IMG/VR virus record: IMGVR_UViG_3300033149_001989
Span: 32,001-96,000 of that record
Strand: one strand, 5' to 3'
Length of the DNA: 64,000 nucleotides
DNA from: a virus
The translations under genes were made by a program, and so were the position numbers. Below, piece after piece: positions 20,542-30,970 of the stretch. The notes under the pieces were generated by a model. That model was not told the DNA's origin. It saw only the letters and a list, made by a program, of their open reading frames with translations, and did not search any database. Within the stretch, counting starts at the first letter, position 1. Each line of letters begins with the position of its first letter.

Positions 20542-21278
20542 CATCATTCTTGGCATATAATAAAATAAAGACATTGAGAAAATGGGAGGAAACCGTGCTT
20601 AGTAACAGCGAAGTAGCTAACCAATTTGCACTTGGCAAAACACGTGGTAAAAGCAATCGTATGACGATTGAGGGTGATACTCTCTACTCTTACTCGGCAC
20701 CGATTGCGATTAGAGATGGTGAGAAATTTATTATCTCGAATAGAGCGTCATTTCTAGGGGGATGCCCCTATTCAATGACTACCTCTCATCATATATCTTG
20801 CGTTTACTATGCTTGTAAAGGAAAGGGCACGATAAGGCTGGTTGATGGTTGGGCAGAGCGTGGTAAACCTGAGTTTTATATTCCTCAATTACCTAGTTAC
20901 AAGACAGTCAGTGGGCTTATAAGAGGGTTTGTTACCCATCCATATTGGAATGGCACATGGACAGGAATATGGCACCCCGACACAGGAACTAAGGAAGTCC
21001 ATTGGCGAACAAAGAACGACCAACTTATCTCGCCAGAGGGTGATGTAGTAGCATTTCGTGAGTATATAAGACAGCCTTGTAATAAGGACTGTGATAATTG
21101 CCTTGCTCGGTTTCTTTGTCTGTCTAATAAAGAATTATTTAATGGGTATGTTGTAACAATTATAAAGGATAGCCCATACTTCGAAAAAGTAAATTATCAC
21201 ATTCAGAAAGCATACAAGTCTTATCGGTGTAAGTATCCCTCTAACGATTTGATGCTAGTTAGAAATACATATAAGTAA
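20538..21278 (+). CDS. Hypothetical protein carrying CxxCxxRFxC[ST] module (true start probably GTG about 20595)
   Basis: CNKDCDNCLARFLCLS; the annotated TTG is the -35 box of promoter 20538-20566. Confidence 0.65.
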   Translation: MTSFLAYNKIKTLRKWEETVLSNSEVANQFALGKTRGKSNRMTIEGDTLYSYSAPIAIRDGEKFIISNRASFLGGCPYSMTTSHHISCVYYACKGKGTIRLVDGWAERGKPEFYIPQLPSYKTVSGLIRGFVTHPYWNGTWTGIWHPDTGTKEVHWRTKNDQLISPEGDVVAFREYIRQPCNKDCDNCLARFLCLSNKELFNGYVVTIIKDSPYFEKVNYHIQKAYKSYRCKYPSNDLMLVRNTYK

Positions 21279-21344
21279 GCAATCTGCGGGTCTGGCAGAG
21301 AATTGTAAATTCAGTATGAGGCTAAGCCTCAGAAGGAGAACAAA

Positions 21345-22127
21345 ATGGAAGATTATCTAGTAGAGGCAGAGGAACATCGGGGGCACAAGATTAAAATCTA
21401 TCAAGATATTGACCCACCTAATCCGAGAGAGTGGGAAGAAAATCTTGGCAAGATGGTATGTTTTCACAAGCGGTATAGTTTAGGTGATAAACACGACTTT
21501 CTCGATGCCAGAGACCTTATGGACTTCGTAGCAAGTGGGGATGTTGTATCCTTGCCCTTATTTTTGATTGACCATTCTGGACTGGCGATGAATACTGGTA
21601 GTTTCAGGCATTGTGACCCTCAAGGGTGGGATTGGGGGCAAGTTGGATTTATCTATGCCGACAAGGATGCTTTACGTAATGAGTATGGTGTCAAGCATAT
21701 TACAAAGAAAATCCGAGAAAAAGCCTTAACAGTTCTGCAAAACGAGGTTGAACGGTATGATAAGTTCCTGCGTGGCTGGGTTTATGGTTACTTGATTGAA
21801 GACGCCGATGGAGAGCAATTAGACTCCTGTTGGGGCTATTTTGATGAACCTTCTGATATAATCAAGGAATGTAAGTCAATAATAGACCACCACGTTGAGA
21901 AGAAGAATAAGCATTATCCTAAAGTAGAAGTGTTTGTAACTAAAGGAAACAAGTTCAGGGCACGTATTCGTGAAAGTATAACTGAACCTACTTATGAGGT
22001 AACAATTGGTGGTGAGGAGTGGCAGAAGGGTAAGGGGCGAAATCATTGGCAAAGAATAGAACTGTTGATGGATAAAATCCTGAAAGGGTTAGGTGAGGAA
22101 TACGGCAAAGCAATTAACAGAATTTAG
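21345..22127 (+). CDS. Hypothetical phage protein
   Basis: SD AAGGAG; NPREW, DHSGL, WDWGQVGFIY, DSCWGYF. Confidence 0.7.
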   Translation: MEDYLVEAEEHRGHKIKIYQDIDPPNPREWEENLGKMVCFHKRYSLGDKHDFLDARDLMDFVASGDVVSLPLFLIDHSGLAMNTGSFRHCDPQGWDWGQVGFIYADKDALRNEYGVKHITKKIREKALTVLQNEVERYDKFLRGWVYGYLIEDADGEQLDSCWGYFDEPSDIIKECKSIIDHHVEKKNKHYPKVEVFVTKGNKFRARIRESITEPTYEVTIGGEEWQKGKGRNHWQRIELLMDKILKGLGEEYGKAINRI

Positions 22128-22148
22128 ATAAATCCTTTTGATATAAAG

Positions 22149-22559
22149 GTGAAGGAAGTGGTTACCCTTGACGAAGTTCTTGGCATATGCGATAATAAAG
22201 ATAATGAGGAAGCACTCAAAAAACTGTTGGAAGCCACGAGAGGGGGAGTAAATATGCGACACGCTAAAGCAAAGAAGTATGAGGTCGGCAGAAATAGACC
22301 GACAGAAAATCGGGCTAGTAATGCTATGCTTAATGAGAGCATTAACGAATGGGTAAATAAGGTGAGAGACGCTGGCAAGATGCAAGAGGGTGATGGGGTA
22401 CAGAGTATTGGGGATAGGGTTGCTGGTGTACTAGTAAATCTGATTGGAGAGATTAAAGCTGGCAGAATACAGAGAGAGGTAATATCAGGGGTTGTAGAAC
22501 GGTTGGGGTTACATAATTCATTGATTAAAGCCCAAGAAATCTTGGAGAGGAGAAAATAG
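22149..22559 (+). CDS. Hypothetical protein
   Basis: ORF in operon orientation. Confidence 0.5.
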   Translation: MKEVVTLDEVLGICDNKDNEEALKKLLEATRGGVNMRHAKAKKYEVGRNRPTENRASNAMLNESINEWVNKVRDAGKMQEGDGVQSIGDRVAGVLVNLIGEIKAGRIQREVISGVVERLGLHNSLIKAQEILERRK

Positions 22560-22940
22560 GAATGTCGCTGGCAAAGGGAGTTAAAGGTAAAAATAGAAAA
22601 TTACTCGTTTTCTTACATAGACAATCTAAATTTGAGGAAGCCTTTAATAGATACCTAAATGGCGAAGTTTCGGCTGAATATGTGGGGGAACGTGCAAAAA
22701 AACTAAAGAACATCAAGGGGAAATGAGAAAAAGAGGCAAAGTTAAAATGAAAGATATGCGGAGAATAAACGAAGTCTGGCAAGCGTGTAACCATTTGGGC
22801 GAATGGTTTACGTATGCACGTGTTGGAAGTAGCAAGAATGCTTTCATTACTACATTGGCTGTTGGTGCGATGGCAGACCGTTATCAACATTTAGTTGGAA
22901 AGAGGTATTCAAATGGCTGAAATGGTGTGGTGTAACTGAG

Positions 22941-23291
22941 ATGGCTAAAATAACTCAGGCGCAAATTGAACAACGAGAAGATTATCTTGCTAAGCAAGAG
23001 TATGGTATACCCTTTGAGGACTTGCCACCCGATATAAAACAGAAAGTGCATAATGCGGCACTTGATTATTTGGGGGTGCGTATGGTATTTAAGTTTAAGT
23101 GCTTGGATTGTGGTACTGTGTATGAAGAGGAAATAGACAGAGAATTGGCAACTATATACACGGAGATACAATCTGAGACTAACAAACATATAATCGAGAG
23201 TGTATGCCCATTCTGCTTGGATAAACGGAATGGAACAGAAATTGAACGAGAGGTAGACGAATGGGCGAGGAAGTCAGAAAGCGTTATATAG
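22941..23291 (+). CDS. Hypothetical Zn-ribbon protein
   Basis: CLDC...CPFC. Confidence 0.55.
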   Translation: MAKITQAQIEQREDYLAKQEYGIPFEDLPPDIKQKVHNAALDYLGVRMVFKFKCLDCGTVYEEEIDRELATIYTEIQSETNKHIIESVCPFCLDKRNGTEIEREVDEWARKSESVI

Positions 23292-23506
23292 AAGTTGATG
23301 GCAAGATATATTCCGCTTGGGTGTGTCCACGTTGTGTCGGTGGAACGATGGTGATATGTCAGGATAAAGCCAATAGTCGACCCTACTTTTGCTGTGTTGC
23401 TTGCGGTAAAAAAGTTAGAATTAGTGAAAAGTTTGAGAAAAAGAGAGAAGATGCCCCCAAATTTGTGCGTAAAACAGGTAAAAAGGGCAAAAATAAGGAT
23501 AAATAA
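23261..23506 (+). CDS. Hypothetical Zn-ribbon protein
   Basis: CPRC...CVAC. Confidence 0.55.
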   Translation: MGEEVRKRYIEVDGKIYSAWVCPRCVGGTMVICQDKANSRPYFCCVACGKKVRISEKFEKKREDAPKFVRKTGKKGKNKDK

Positions 23507-23591
23507 ATGGTAATAAAATACAGTTTTTGGCAAATTACGCAAGCGTAAAGGTGCAATAAAATGTCATTTTGGCAATAAAATATGAGGACTG

Positions 23592-24506
23592 ATGATAACT
23601 TACCAAGATAAAAATCATTCACTATACGAAGGTTTGCCATTTATGGAAATTCGGGGGAATAGGATACCATTTCCCTGTTTTGCTGAGGTTAAACTCGATG
23701 GCGAATTTCAATACGTTATAAAAAATAAAGGTAAGGTATTCTTATTGAACAAAAGGGAGCACGGCAGAATACGAGAGGGTATGCCAATTACCAAGTTAGA
23801 TATTCCAGATAACACGATACTGTTAGGAGAATTAGTTTGGGGAGCAGGCAAATTCTTTTATGATTTTGCTAAACATAAATTGTCTCCAGATAACAATTTG
23901 GGAATATTTGGGTGCCTGCGGTGGGATGGTGAGGATATTTGGAAAACTAAAAATTATTTGGATGTTAGGAAATTTCTGGAAAGCCAGAAGTTTTATAATA
24001 GCAAAGTTGCTCTGACACCAAAAGCGATATGCCGAAACCAACAGGAACTAGATGGCTTTTTCAACAAAGTAGTTACTGCTGGTTATGAGGGGATTGTAAT
24101 TATAGACCCATATTCAAAGTTTGTAAATGGGGTAACAGTAAGACGAGCAAAGAAAAAGTTTGTTGCTGATAATGACTTTGTTATCATCGGCTTCCAAAAT
24201 GAAACGAAGCGAGCAAAAACACTTTCGGTTCTGGTGGGGCATAGAGTAAATGGTAAAGTTAAACGTTTATGCTATGTTGGTGGTGGGTTCACTTTAGAGC
24301 AAAAAAATACTTTATTAAGGGTTCTAAAGGATATGATTATCGCAAAGAATGGCGAAGAGTATTTAGTAGACCCCAAAATTATCATAACAGTAAAGCATTA
24401 TGGAATAATTAGGAATGATAAAGGTGAAGTTCACTCTTTACGCCATCCTCAATTCAAATGTTTTAGGTTAGATAAAGCAGTAAACCAGATAGATACAATT
24501 AGGTGA
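23592..24506 (+). CDS. ATP-dependent DNA ligase (minimal)
   Basis: EVKLDGE (motif I), LGELV, GYEGIVI, KKK, OB fold VGGGF...SLRHPQF..FRLDK. Confidence 0.85.
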   Translation: MITYQDKNHSLYEGLPFMEIRGNRIPFPCFAEVKLDGEFQYVIKNKGKVFLLNKREHGRIREGMPITKLDIPDNTILLGELVWGAGKFFYDFAKHKLSPDNNLGIFGCLRWDGEDIWKTKNYLDVRKFLESQKFYNSKVALTPKAICRNQQELDGFFNKVVTAGYEGIVIIDPYSKFVNGVTVRRAKKKFVADNDFVIIGFQNETKRAKTLSVLVGHRVNGKVKRLCYVGGGFTLEQKNTLLRVLKDMIIAKNGEEYLVDPKIIITVKHYGIIRNDKGEVHSLRHPQFKCFRLDKAVNQIDTIR

Positions 24507-24534
24507 CATAAAATACAAACGTAGATGGCATTGG

Positions 24535-24810
24535 ATGAAACCAAGAGGCGACACAAATTGTAATGATTGTCCAAGACGTTTTGAGTGCTTTACTGGTAAA
24601 GGTGAAGCTTGCCCGACTATAAATGGTAGTGAGATAACCTATTGTTATCCTTGCTACAATAATGTTTGTATTGGGCTTAGTAAAGATGATACTAATGTAT
24701 TTTGGAAATATAGAATAACACCCGACCAAATGCTAAAGTTGGTACAACGAGCTAAGTTTCGCACTTACAAGAAATATAATAGAATTTATTTAGAGGTATT
24801 AGATGAGTAA
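24535..24810 (+). CDS. Small protein carrying CxxCxxRFxC[ST] module (N-terminal)
   Basis: CNDCPRRFECFT. Confidence 0.7.
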   Translation: MKPRGDTNCNDCPRRFECFTGKGEACPTINGSEITYCYPCYNNVCIGLSKDDTNVFWKYRITPDQMLKLVQRAKFRTYKKYNRIYLEVLDE

Positions 24811-25132
24811 AGGCAGTGTTGTAAATCCAAAAGATGTTGTCATCAAAGTTACTGAGATAGAAGATGAAAAAGGTAAGCCAATTGTAGTAGTACTTCCTGT
24901 TGCTGCTGGTGGCAGGAAAGAATTGTGGATAATGTCTGATGTTCGTTGTATGGATAAGGACACCGATGTTTGTAATAAATGCCGTCTGCGTTATCAATGT
25001 TATAGTGGTAATGTTCTCAAGATAGATTATCTTGATACATTTGACCCCAATGATTTAACTCCTTTGAGCAGGAAGATTGAAGCACATTTAAGACGGTACA
25101 AACCAGAGGTTGACAGTAAGCAGGGCAAGTGA
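24803..25132 (+). CDS. Small protein carrying CxxCxxRFxC[ST] module
   Basis: CNKCRLRYQCYS. Confidence 0.7.
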   Translation: MSKGSVVNPKDVVIKVTEIEDEKGKPIVVVLPVAAGGRKELWIMSDVRCMDKDTDVCNKCRLRYQCYSGNVLKIDYLDTFDPNDLTPLSRKIEAHLRRYKPEVDSKQGK

Positions 25133-25138
25133 TATAAT
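25110..25138 (+). promoter_or_regulatory. sigma70-type promoter
   Basis: TTGACA-17nt-TATAAT, TG extension, ATG 8 nt after the -10 box. Confidence 0.8.
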
Positions 25139-25146
25139 TAGGTAGA

Positions 25147-25860
25147 ATGAAGTTTTATTGTAATCGCTGTAAATCTGCATTTACCACTTTCAGTAAAGAG
25201 GGTGGTGAAGCCAAGAGGAAAGAAAGGGAGTTTGCCTTTTCTCACGGAATTGAGAATAAAATGAGATGCCCAAAGTGTGGTGCATCTAATCCGCCCACAA
25301 GACTTGCTAACCCAAAGTATCAAAAACACTACCGCACAAGGTACCAACCGAAGCCAAGATATGCTACTGGTGAAGAAGATTATACTCCACCAACGATTAT
25401 CTTGCATCCAGATTGTCAAAAACGGATAATTAGTTCGGTGGGCAGTATTGGTGGTATGAAGGTTGTTTGTGAAGGATGCCCCCAAGTATTTAACTGCTGG
25501 ACTGGAAATGTTGATGATGGGTTGTGTAGCGAAATAAAGGCACCCGATGCGGACAAGGTAAAAGAAGCAACCAAAGCAATTGTTGAGCAAGATAAAATTT
25601 TGCTACAACTACAGAAGCAGCGAGCAGTATTTGGCAAAGTGAAATTCGGTTATGAAAGCAGAAACGGTTGCTGGTATTGTCGATTCGGGGGTACAGTTTG
25701 GAAGTTAGATACTAGTGACATTGAAGCGATAAAGAGTGGTAATTTTGGCACAAAAAAGACCACAATCATCAGGAATTCCCTGAAAAATAAGAAATTATCA
25801 CTAGCTGCGGTTACGTCACTACTGTTATTAGAGATGGAAGTGGCATCAAGTGGGCGTTGA
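25147..25860 (+). CDS. Zn-ribbon protein carrying a variant module
   Basis: CNRC...CPKC; CEGCPQVFNCWT. Confidence 0.65.
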   Translation: MKFYCNRCKSAFTTFSKEGGEAKRKEREFAFSHGIENKMRCPKCGASNPPTRLANPKYQKHYRTRYQPKPRYATGEEDYTPPTIILHPDCQKRIISSVGSIGGMKVVCEGCPQVFNCWTGNVDDGLCSEIKAPDADKVKEATKAIVEQDKILLQLQKQRAVFGKVKFGYESRNGCWYCRFGGTVWKLDTSDIEAIKSGNFGTKKTTIIRNSLKNKKLSLAAVTSLLLLEMEVASSGR

Positions 25861-25886
25861 CATCTGCCCAAGGCTCGTGATATAAT
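25857..25886 (+). promoter_or_regulatory. sigma70-type promoter
   Basis: TTGACA-18nt-TATAAT, TG extension. Confidence 0.75.
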
Positions 25887-25897
25887 GTAAGTGTAAA

Positions 25898-26230
25898 ATG
25901 AAAACCAGAGAAAATGATTTTGAGCATTATGTAAAGTGTCATTGTGGCTGGGAAGGGTTCTCCGCATGGATGATACACGGTTATGAGGGGTATGGGCACG
26001 GTGAAGATTGTGATGTTGAACCGATGGATTACTGCCCAAAATGTCGCACACCAGAAATAATGGTTGAGGCAATAGTTGAATGTCACGGTGATTGTCTGAA
26101 TTGCTCAGATAGGTTTCTATGCTTGACTGTGTTCGACAAGTTGCCTGTCCTACGGAAACATTATGACGAAGACTCTCGTCAAAAAAGCAATACCAAATTC
26201 TATAAAGGAGAGGATAATGGCAAGAAGTAG
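25898..26230 (+). CDS. Small protein carrying CxxCxxRFxC[ST] module
   Basis: CHGDCLNCSDRFLCLT. Confidence 0.65.
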   Translation: MKTRENDFEHYVKCHCGWEGFSAWMIHGYEGYGHGEDCDVEPMDYCPKCRTPEIMVEAIVECHGDCLNCSDRFLCLTVFDKLPVLRKHYDEDSRQKSNTKFYKGEDNGKK

Positions 26231-26972
26231 GGGATTTAAAATGTCTATTGCTGTTGGTGGAATGTTTTTAATTCCTGTTAGATTAGATAAAACCACCAGT
26301 GATAGCAAAATCAGCCTCCACGAATATCATAAAGATGATATGGGTAGCAGTGGTCGCAAGGCTTACTGTAAGTCTTGTGGTAAAGACCTAACCTCAGCTG
26401 ATATTGTTAAGGGTATTGAGGTAACGAAGGGGCAAGTGGTAACATTCTCTAAAGAGGAACTGGAAAGCCTACCACTAAGTACCACCAAGAATATTGAAGT
26501 TGACGGGTTTGTTAAGGCTGAGGAAATAAATCGTCTTGCTCTCGGCACTTCTTATTACCTTAGCCCTGATGAAACAAGCTCTCAGGCGTATAATCTGTTC
26601 GCACACGGGTTGAAGAAAATGGGTAGAGTTGCGGTGGGAAAGGTTGCTTTACGTAATCGTGAGAACTTGTGTATTGTCTATCCGATGAGTGGTGGTTTGG
26701 TACTTTCTATGATGTGCTGGCACGATGAATTCAAGGATAATCCATCAATTCCCAAGACAGAAATTACCGACACTCAGGCAGACCTGATGGATGTTATCAT
26801 CAAGAAGTATTCTAAACCATTTGACCATAGCGTGTATAGTGACCAGTATAATGATGCTTTAAAGAAGATGGCTGAACAAAAACTTAATGGTGATATTATC
26901 ACAATCAGCACTCCACAGGAACAGCAACCTCAAAATATTGAGGACGCCCTGAGAGCATTGGCTGCAGCATAG
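26217..26972 (+). CDS. ku: Ku DNA end-binding protein
   Basis: IPVRL, DIVKGIEVTKGQVVTFSKEELESLP, IEVDGFV, YYLSPD, VAVGKVALRNRE, YSDQYNDAL. Confidence 0.88.
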   Translation: MARSRGFKMSIAVGGMFLIPVRLDKTTSDSKISLHEYHKDDMGSSGRKAYCKSCGKDLTSADIVKGIEVTKGQVVTFSKEELESLPLSTTKNIEVDGFVKAEEINRLALGTSYYLSPDETSSQAYNLFAHGLKKMGRVAVGKVALRNRENLCIVYPMSGGLVLSMMCWHDEFKDNPSIPKTEITDTQADLMDVIIKKYSKPFDHSVYSDQYNDALKKMAEQKLNGDIITISTPQEQQPQNIEDALRALAAA

Positions 26973-27014
26973 ATAATGTCTGAAAAGTTCAGATACCTCT
27001 GGTGAGGAGTAAAT

Positions 27015-27383
27015 ATGAATAGTAAAATAGGTAGAGCAGTTAGTTTTGTAACGGCACTTGCTATCTTTGCTGGTGTTTTGGCTGGAATGTCGGCATTGTT
27101 TATGCTTGCGTGGAATGTAGTAATGGTACAGGCAACAAATGCTGAACCACTTACATTTCTGCAAACATATGGGGGTGTAACTCTTGTGTTTGGCGGTATT
27201 GCTTTAGTTAAATTCATCCATAGTTATTTAGAAGGAACTAGGGAACGAATAAGAGCGAAGGTGGCTAAGGAGGCGATGGAAGGGTTAATGAACGAAATGG
27301 AGAAGATGAACGCCGAAATGGAAAAGACGAAGGGTGATGATGAGCTACCAGATGATGACAGTGTATTTCGGCACTTTATGTAA
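27015..27383 (+). CDS. Membrane protein
   Basis: Two hydrophobic segments, acidic tail; SD GAGGAG. Confidence 0.6.
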   Translation: MNSKIGRAVSFVTALAIFAGVLAGMSALFMLAWNVVMVQATNAEPLTFLQTYGGVTLVFGGIALVKFIHSYLEGTRERIRAKVAKEAMEGLMNEMEKMNAEMEKTKGDDELPDDDSVFRHFM

Positions 27384-27725
27384 ATGAAGAATTTACCAAA
27401 AATTTTAAAAGAACATATAGCAAACCAAAATAGTATGCTTGGTTCAACTGCGAAGTCAGGTGAGTTGAATAATTGGTTGAACGGTCAATTAAAAGAATTA
27501 AAGACGGCAAACCCCGAACTTTACGATTATATTATAAGTAGGAGTAAGTCATTTGCTAATGGTATAATGATGGTGCGTGACCCATATTCGATAGCCGTTT
27601 CATTATCATTAGAATATGTTTTGCTTTTGCGACTACTTGACATCGGCTTTGGTAAAGAGGCTAGTTTAAAGAAATTTACTGATATGATGGATAAGTGGGG
27701 GTTAGAGGGGCTGAATGGTTTATAG
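27384..27725 (+). CDS. Hypothetical protein
   Basis: Operonic. Confidence 0.55.
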   Translation: MKNLPKILKEHIANQNSMLGSTAKSGELNNWLNGQLKELKTANPELYDYIISRSKSFANGIMMVRDPYSIAVSLSLEYVLLLRLLDIGFGKEASLKKFTDMMDKWGLEGLNGL

Positions 27726-28230
27726 GAAAGGCTACGGTTTTACTGCTGTTGACAAGGAAGAAGTCAGAAGCAAGTTTCTTGCCGTTCCAGAGAATAAGAA
27801 ATTATGGGATAGGTTAGAAGAAACAGTTAACCGTTTGCCTTGGACACGTTATTTAGTTGATAGTCTCAAAGATTGGATAGACCATCACGGCAGTTTAACC
27901 GCCAATCAAAAGTCACTGGTTACTAAATTATATTTGGATTGTTGTATTACTACTGAGGATAGATTGGCAGAGCAAAGGACTACACGAAAACTTTGTTATC
28001 GGCTGAATGAATTGGAGTTGGGCAAGTTACAAGTATTTATTAGTGATGTTTTATACAAAACTAATACAAGACCGTTTACGTCGGGACAAATAAACGCACT
28101 AAACAAGATTGCCCAAAGACACCAAAAAAAGTTGGCAGAAATTCCTGAGATACTTGATGAAAATTTCGATGGGTGGTTTTTCATAGAGCCTGATAAGTCC
28201 GAAGTTGACAATTCGGAAGGCATATGGTAA
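27715..28230 (+). CDS. Hypothetical protein
   Basis: Operonic; two SLTxxQ-type repeats. Confidence 0.55.
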   Translation: MVYRKGYGFTAVDKEEVRSKFLAVPENKKLWDRLEETVNRLPWTRYLVDSLKDWIDHHGSLTANQKSLVTKLYLDCCITTEDRLAEQRTTRKLCYRLNELELGKLQVFISDVLYKTNTRPFTSGQINALNKIAQRHQKKLAEIPEILDENFDGWFFIEPDKSEVDNSEGIW

Positions 28231-28233
28231 TAT
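28205..28233 (+). promoter_or_regulatory. sigma70-type promoter
   Basis: TTGACA-17nt-TAATAT, TG extension. Confidence 0.7.
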
Positions 28234-28262
28234 ACAAGAGAAAATAGTAAAGGGGATAGCAA

Positions 28263-29444
28263 ATGGAAAATATTGAACTCGTCAAATTATTGTTGCTTCA
28301 ATGCGGCAAAGTAGGAATTACACCAATGCTTTGGGGGCGTCACGGTATTGGTAAAAGTATGATTGTGAGGAGCATCTTTGAGGATGGGGGATATGAGGTT
28401 ATTGACCTTAGACTTGGACAGTTAGAAGTTGGTGACCTTATTGGTATGCCTGCTCAGGAATACTACTGTCCAAGTTGTAAAACAAAGTTTGGTTTTGCGG
28501 CTCGGTTCACTAATTGTCCTCTTTGCGAACAGAAAGGTGGTAAAGTTCCCATTTGCGGACAGACTGTTTGGTTACCCCCAAGTTGGTTTCCACAGCATGG
28601 CGAGAAGCGGTGCATCTTCTTTGACGAATTCAATCGTGGTCGGTTAGATGTTCAGCAGGCTGCTTTTCAGATTGTTCTTGACCGCAGAATACATACTCAC
28701 AAAATTCCTGATGATACCATTATCATTTGTGCCTGTAACCCACCATCAAGTGATGCAGGCACTGGTCAGGAATATAATGTTGAAGAACTTGACCCCGCCC
28801 TGCTAGACCGATTTGTGAATATTAAATTCACTTTAACTACTGATAACTGGTTACGGTGGGCACGAGAGAATAAAATCTTACAAGATATTATAGATTTTAT
28901 TGCTACTGAGCAGAAATTTCTCGGCAATGATGCAATAGATATTCCTATTGATATTACACCCTCTCCACGCTCCTACGAATTTCTGTCTAAACTGCTCTCT
29001 GGCGATACAATTCCTAAACGATACTGGACAGAGGTTGCTGAAACGGTAATTGGGTCAACTGCGGCTATTGCGTTTGTTCAATCCTTAAAGACTGATTTGG
29101 ATAAACCAATTAAGGCTAAAGACATATTTGACCATTTCGCTAAGGTTAAGAGTAAGGTTGAGGCTCAGGTTGGAACTGCGGATGATGGAAACGCTAGATT
29201 TGACTTACTCAGACTTACTCTTGATGAAATCACCCAATGTCTTGAGAATGATAAAAGCAGAAAGTATAATGAAAAACAACTTAATAATCTGGCTGATTTC
29301 CTTGTTATGCTTCCACAAGACTTGTCATTCTCTATGATTAAAGACTTGGCTACTAACCAAGATGTAAATGAGCGGCTGTTCCTTAATCGTGATGATTTGT
29401 TTACAATCCTAAAGACTGCTCGTAAAGGTGATATGAATGGCTAA
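28263..29444 (+). CDS. MoxR-like AAA+ ATPase
   Basis: LWGRHGIGKS, IDLRL, DLIGMP, IFFDEFNRG, ACNP, LDPALLDRF, SPRSY. Confidence 0.85.
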   Translation: MENIELVKLLLLQCGKVGITPMLWGRHGIGKSMIVRSIFEDGGYEVIDLRLGQLEVGDLIGMPAQEYYCPSCKTKFGFAARFTNCPLCEQKGGKVPICGQTVWLPPSWFPQHGEKRCIFFDEFNRGRLDVQQAAFQIVLDRRIHTHKIPDDTIIICACNPPSSDAGTGQEYNVEELDPALLDRFVNIKFTLTTDNWLRWARENKILQDIIDFIATEQKFLGNDAIDIPIDITPSPRSYEFLSKLLSGDTIPKRYWTEVAETVIGSTAAIAFVQSLKTDLDKPIKAKDIFDHFAKVKSKVEAQVGTADDGNARFDLLRLTLDEITQCLENDKSRKYNEKQLNNLADFLVMLPQDLSFSMIKDLATNQDVNERLFLNRDDLFTILKTARKGDMNG

Positions 29445-30969
29445 TAGTGAACTAATTGAGAGTGAAGTAATTGAACTATTGCTAGAGGGAAAGCACTTTT
29501 ATGGGCACTTCCTCCAGCAGTTTCGTAGACACGCTGTTAAAACAGGTATAGGTGAGGGCAATATCGTAGACACTCTTGGTGTTCTTATCAATGAGGATTT
29601 ACAACCTCACCTATACATAAATACTGATTTTTATAATAGTGGTGATTATGACCCAAAAAATCCTGCAAAACATAGTTGGGGGCTAACGCCAACTGAGAAG
29701 ATTGCTTTATTGGAACACGAAATACTGCATATTCTAAACAAGCATTTAATTCGCACCGAAAATCGTAATCACTATGTTGCTAATCTTGCCCAAGACCTAG
29801 CAATCAATCAGCATATCAAGGGGCTACCAAAGGGCGGTGGTTGTCCAAAGTGTAATGCTTTTGTAAGACTTACTCAGTTGGGACAGTTTAGAACTACTTG
29901 CCCTAGGTGTGGTGAGCTGCTTGACCCAAAGAAACATACATCAGAATGCCTCGATATTGGTAATTTTAAGATAGAGGGTAAAAAGTTAAATTTTGAACGA
30001 AACAAAGCGTTTGAGATTTATTACGATGCTCTCTGGAGTAAAATGCCAAAGTATATGGTAGAAATTGGAACTGCCATTACTGATAGTAAAGAAAAAGGTG
30101 CTAAAAGCAATATCAAGGGAGAATGTTCTGGTGGTACGGGTGATGGCACTTACAAGCAGAAAGAAGCTCAGGATAGTGAGAATAAGAATAAGGTTGGTTC
30201 AGGAAACAATGTTCAGATACAGGGTGTAGAAATACCAATGCCAATGGACAACCACGAAACTTGGGCTGCTGGTTCTGATAATCGGGAGATGGCTCACGAG
30301 AAAATAAAAGAAATGGCAAGGAAGGCGCTGCACAAAGCAAATGCTAAAAATCAGGGTAATATGCCAGGATGGTTGAAATCTCTTGTTGACCAATGCCTAG
30401 CACACAAGACAATCAGTTGGAAATCAGAACTGAAAAGGTTTTACGGTTTTCGGGAATTTTCGCACTTTGTCCCCACTCGAAAGAGGCTCAACCGCAGGTT
30501 TAGTATTGCATTCCCAGGCTACAAAGTTAAGCGGAAAGCACATATTGTCGTAGCGACGGATAGTTCGGGCAGTGTTTCTGATGAAGATTTTGCTAAATTT
30601 TGGGCAGAGATTATGACTATGTTCTCTGCTGGTGTTACCATAACTCACGTTGAATGTGATATGGATATTACTCACGTTCAACCATTCAAGAGAAAGCCAC
30701 CAAAAAATACTAAGATAAAGCGTTATGGATATGGTGGAACTACATTCAAACCACCATTTGAATTGGTAGAAAAAGGTCATTACAAGAATGGTAATGGTGA
30801 GGAATGGAAGTTAAAAACCAAAGTGGATGGTATCATCTATTGCACTGATGGTTATGGTGATTTTCCTAAGAAGATACCTTGTCCTACGATATGGGTTGTC
30901 ACGGCTGAACATAGCACTCACGGTTGGAGTCCAAAACTTGGTAAAATGATTGTGATGACAGAGGACTAA
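29437..30969 (+). CDS. vWA domain protein with HExxH metallopeptidase-like region (DUF2201-like)
   Basis: LEHEILH...NLAQDLAINQ; vWA MIDAS DSSGS, GGTTF, TDGYG. Confidence 0.8.
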   Translation: MANSELIESEVIELLLEGKHFYGHFLQQFRRHAVKTGIGEGNIVDTLGVLINEDLQPHLYINTDFYNSGDYDPKNPAKHSWGLTPTEKIALLEHEILHILNKHLIRTENRNHYVANLAQDLAINQHIKGLPKGGGCPKCNAFVRLTQLGQFRTTCPRCGELLDPKKHTSECLDIGNFKIEGKKLNFERNKAFEIYYDALWSKMPKYMVEIGTAITDSKEKGAKSNIKGECSGGTGDGTYKQKEAQDSENKNKVGSGNNVQIQGVEIPMPMDNHETWAAGSDNREMAHEKIKEMARKALHKANAKNQGNMPGWLKSLVDQCLAHKTISWKSELKRFYGFREFSHFVPTRKRLNRRFSIAFPGYKVKRKAHIVVATDSSGSVSDEDFAKFWAEIMTMFSAGVTITHVECDMDITHVQPFKRKPPKNTKIKRYGYGGTTFKPPFELVEKGHYKNGNGEEWKLKTKVDGIIYCTDGYGDFPKKIPCPTIWVVTAEHSTHGWSPKLGKMIVMTED

Positions 30970-30970
30970 G

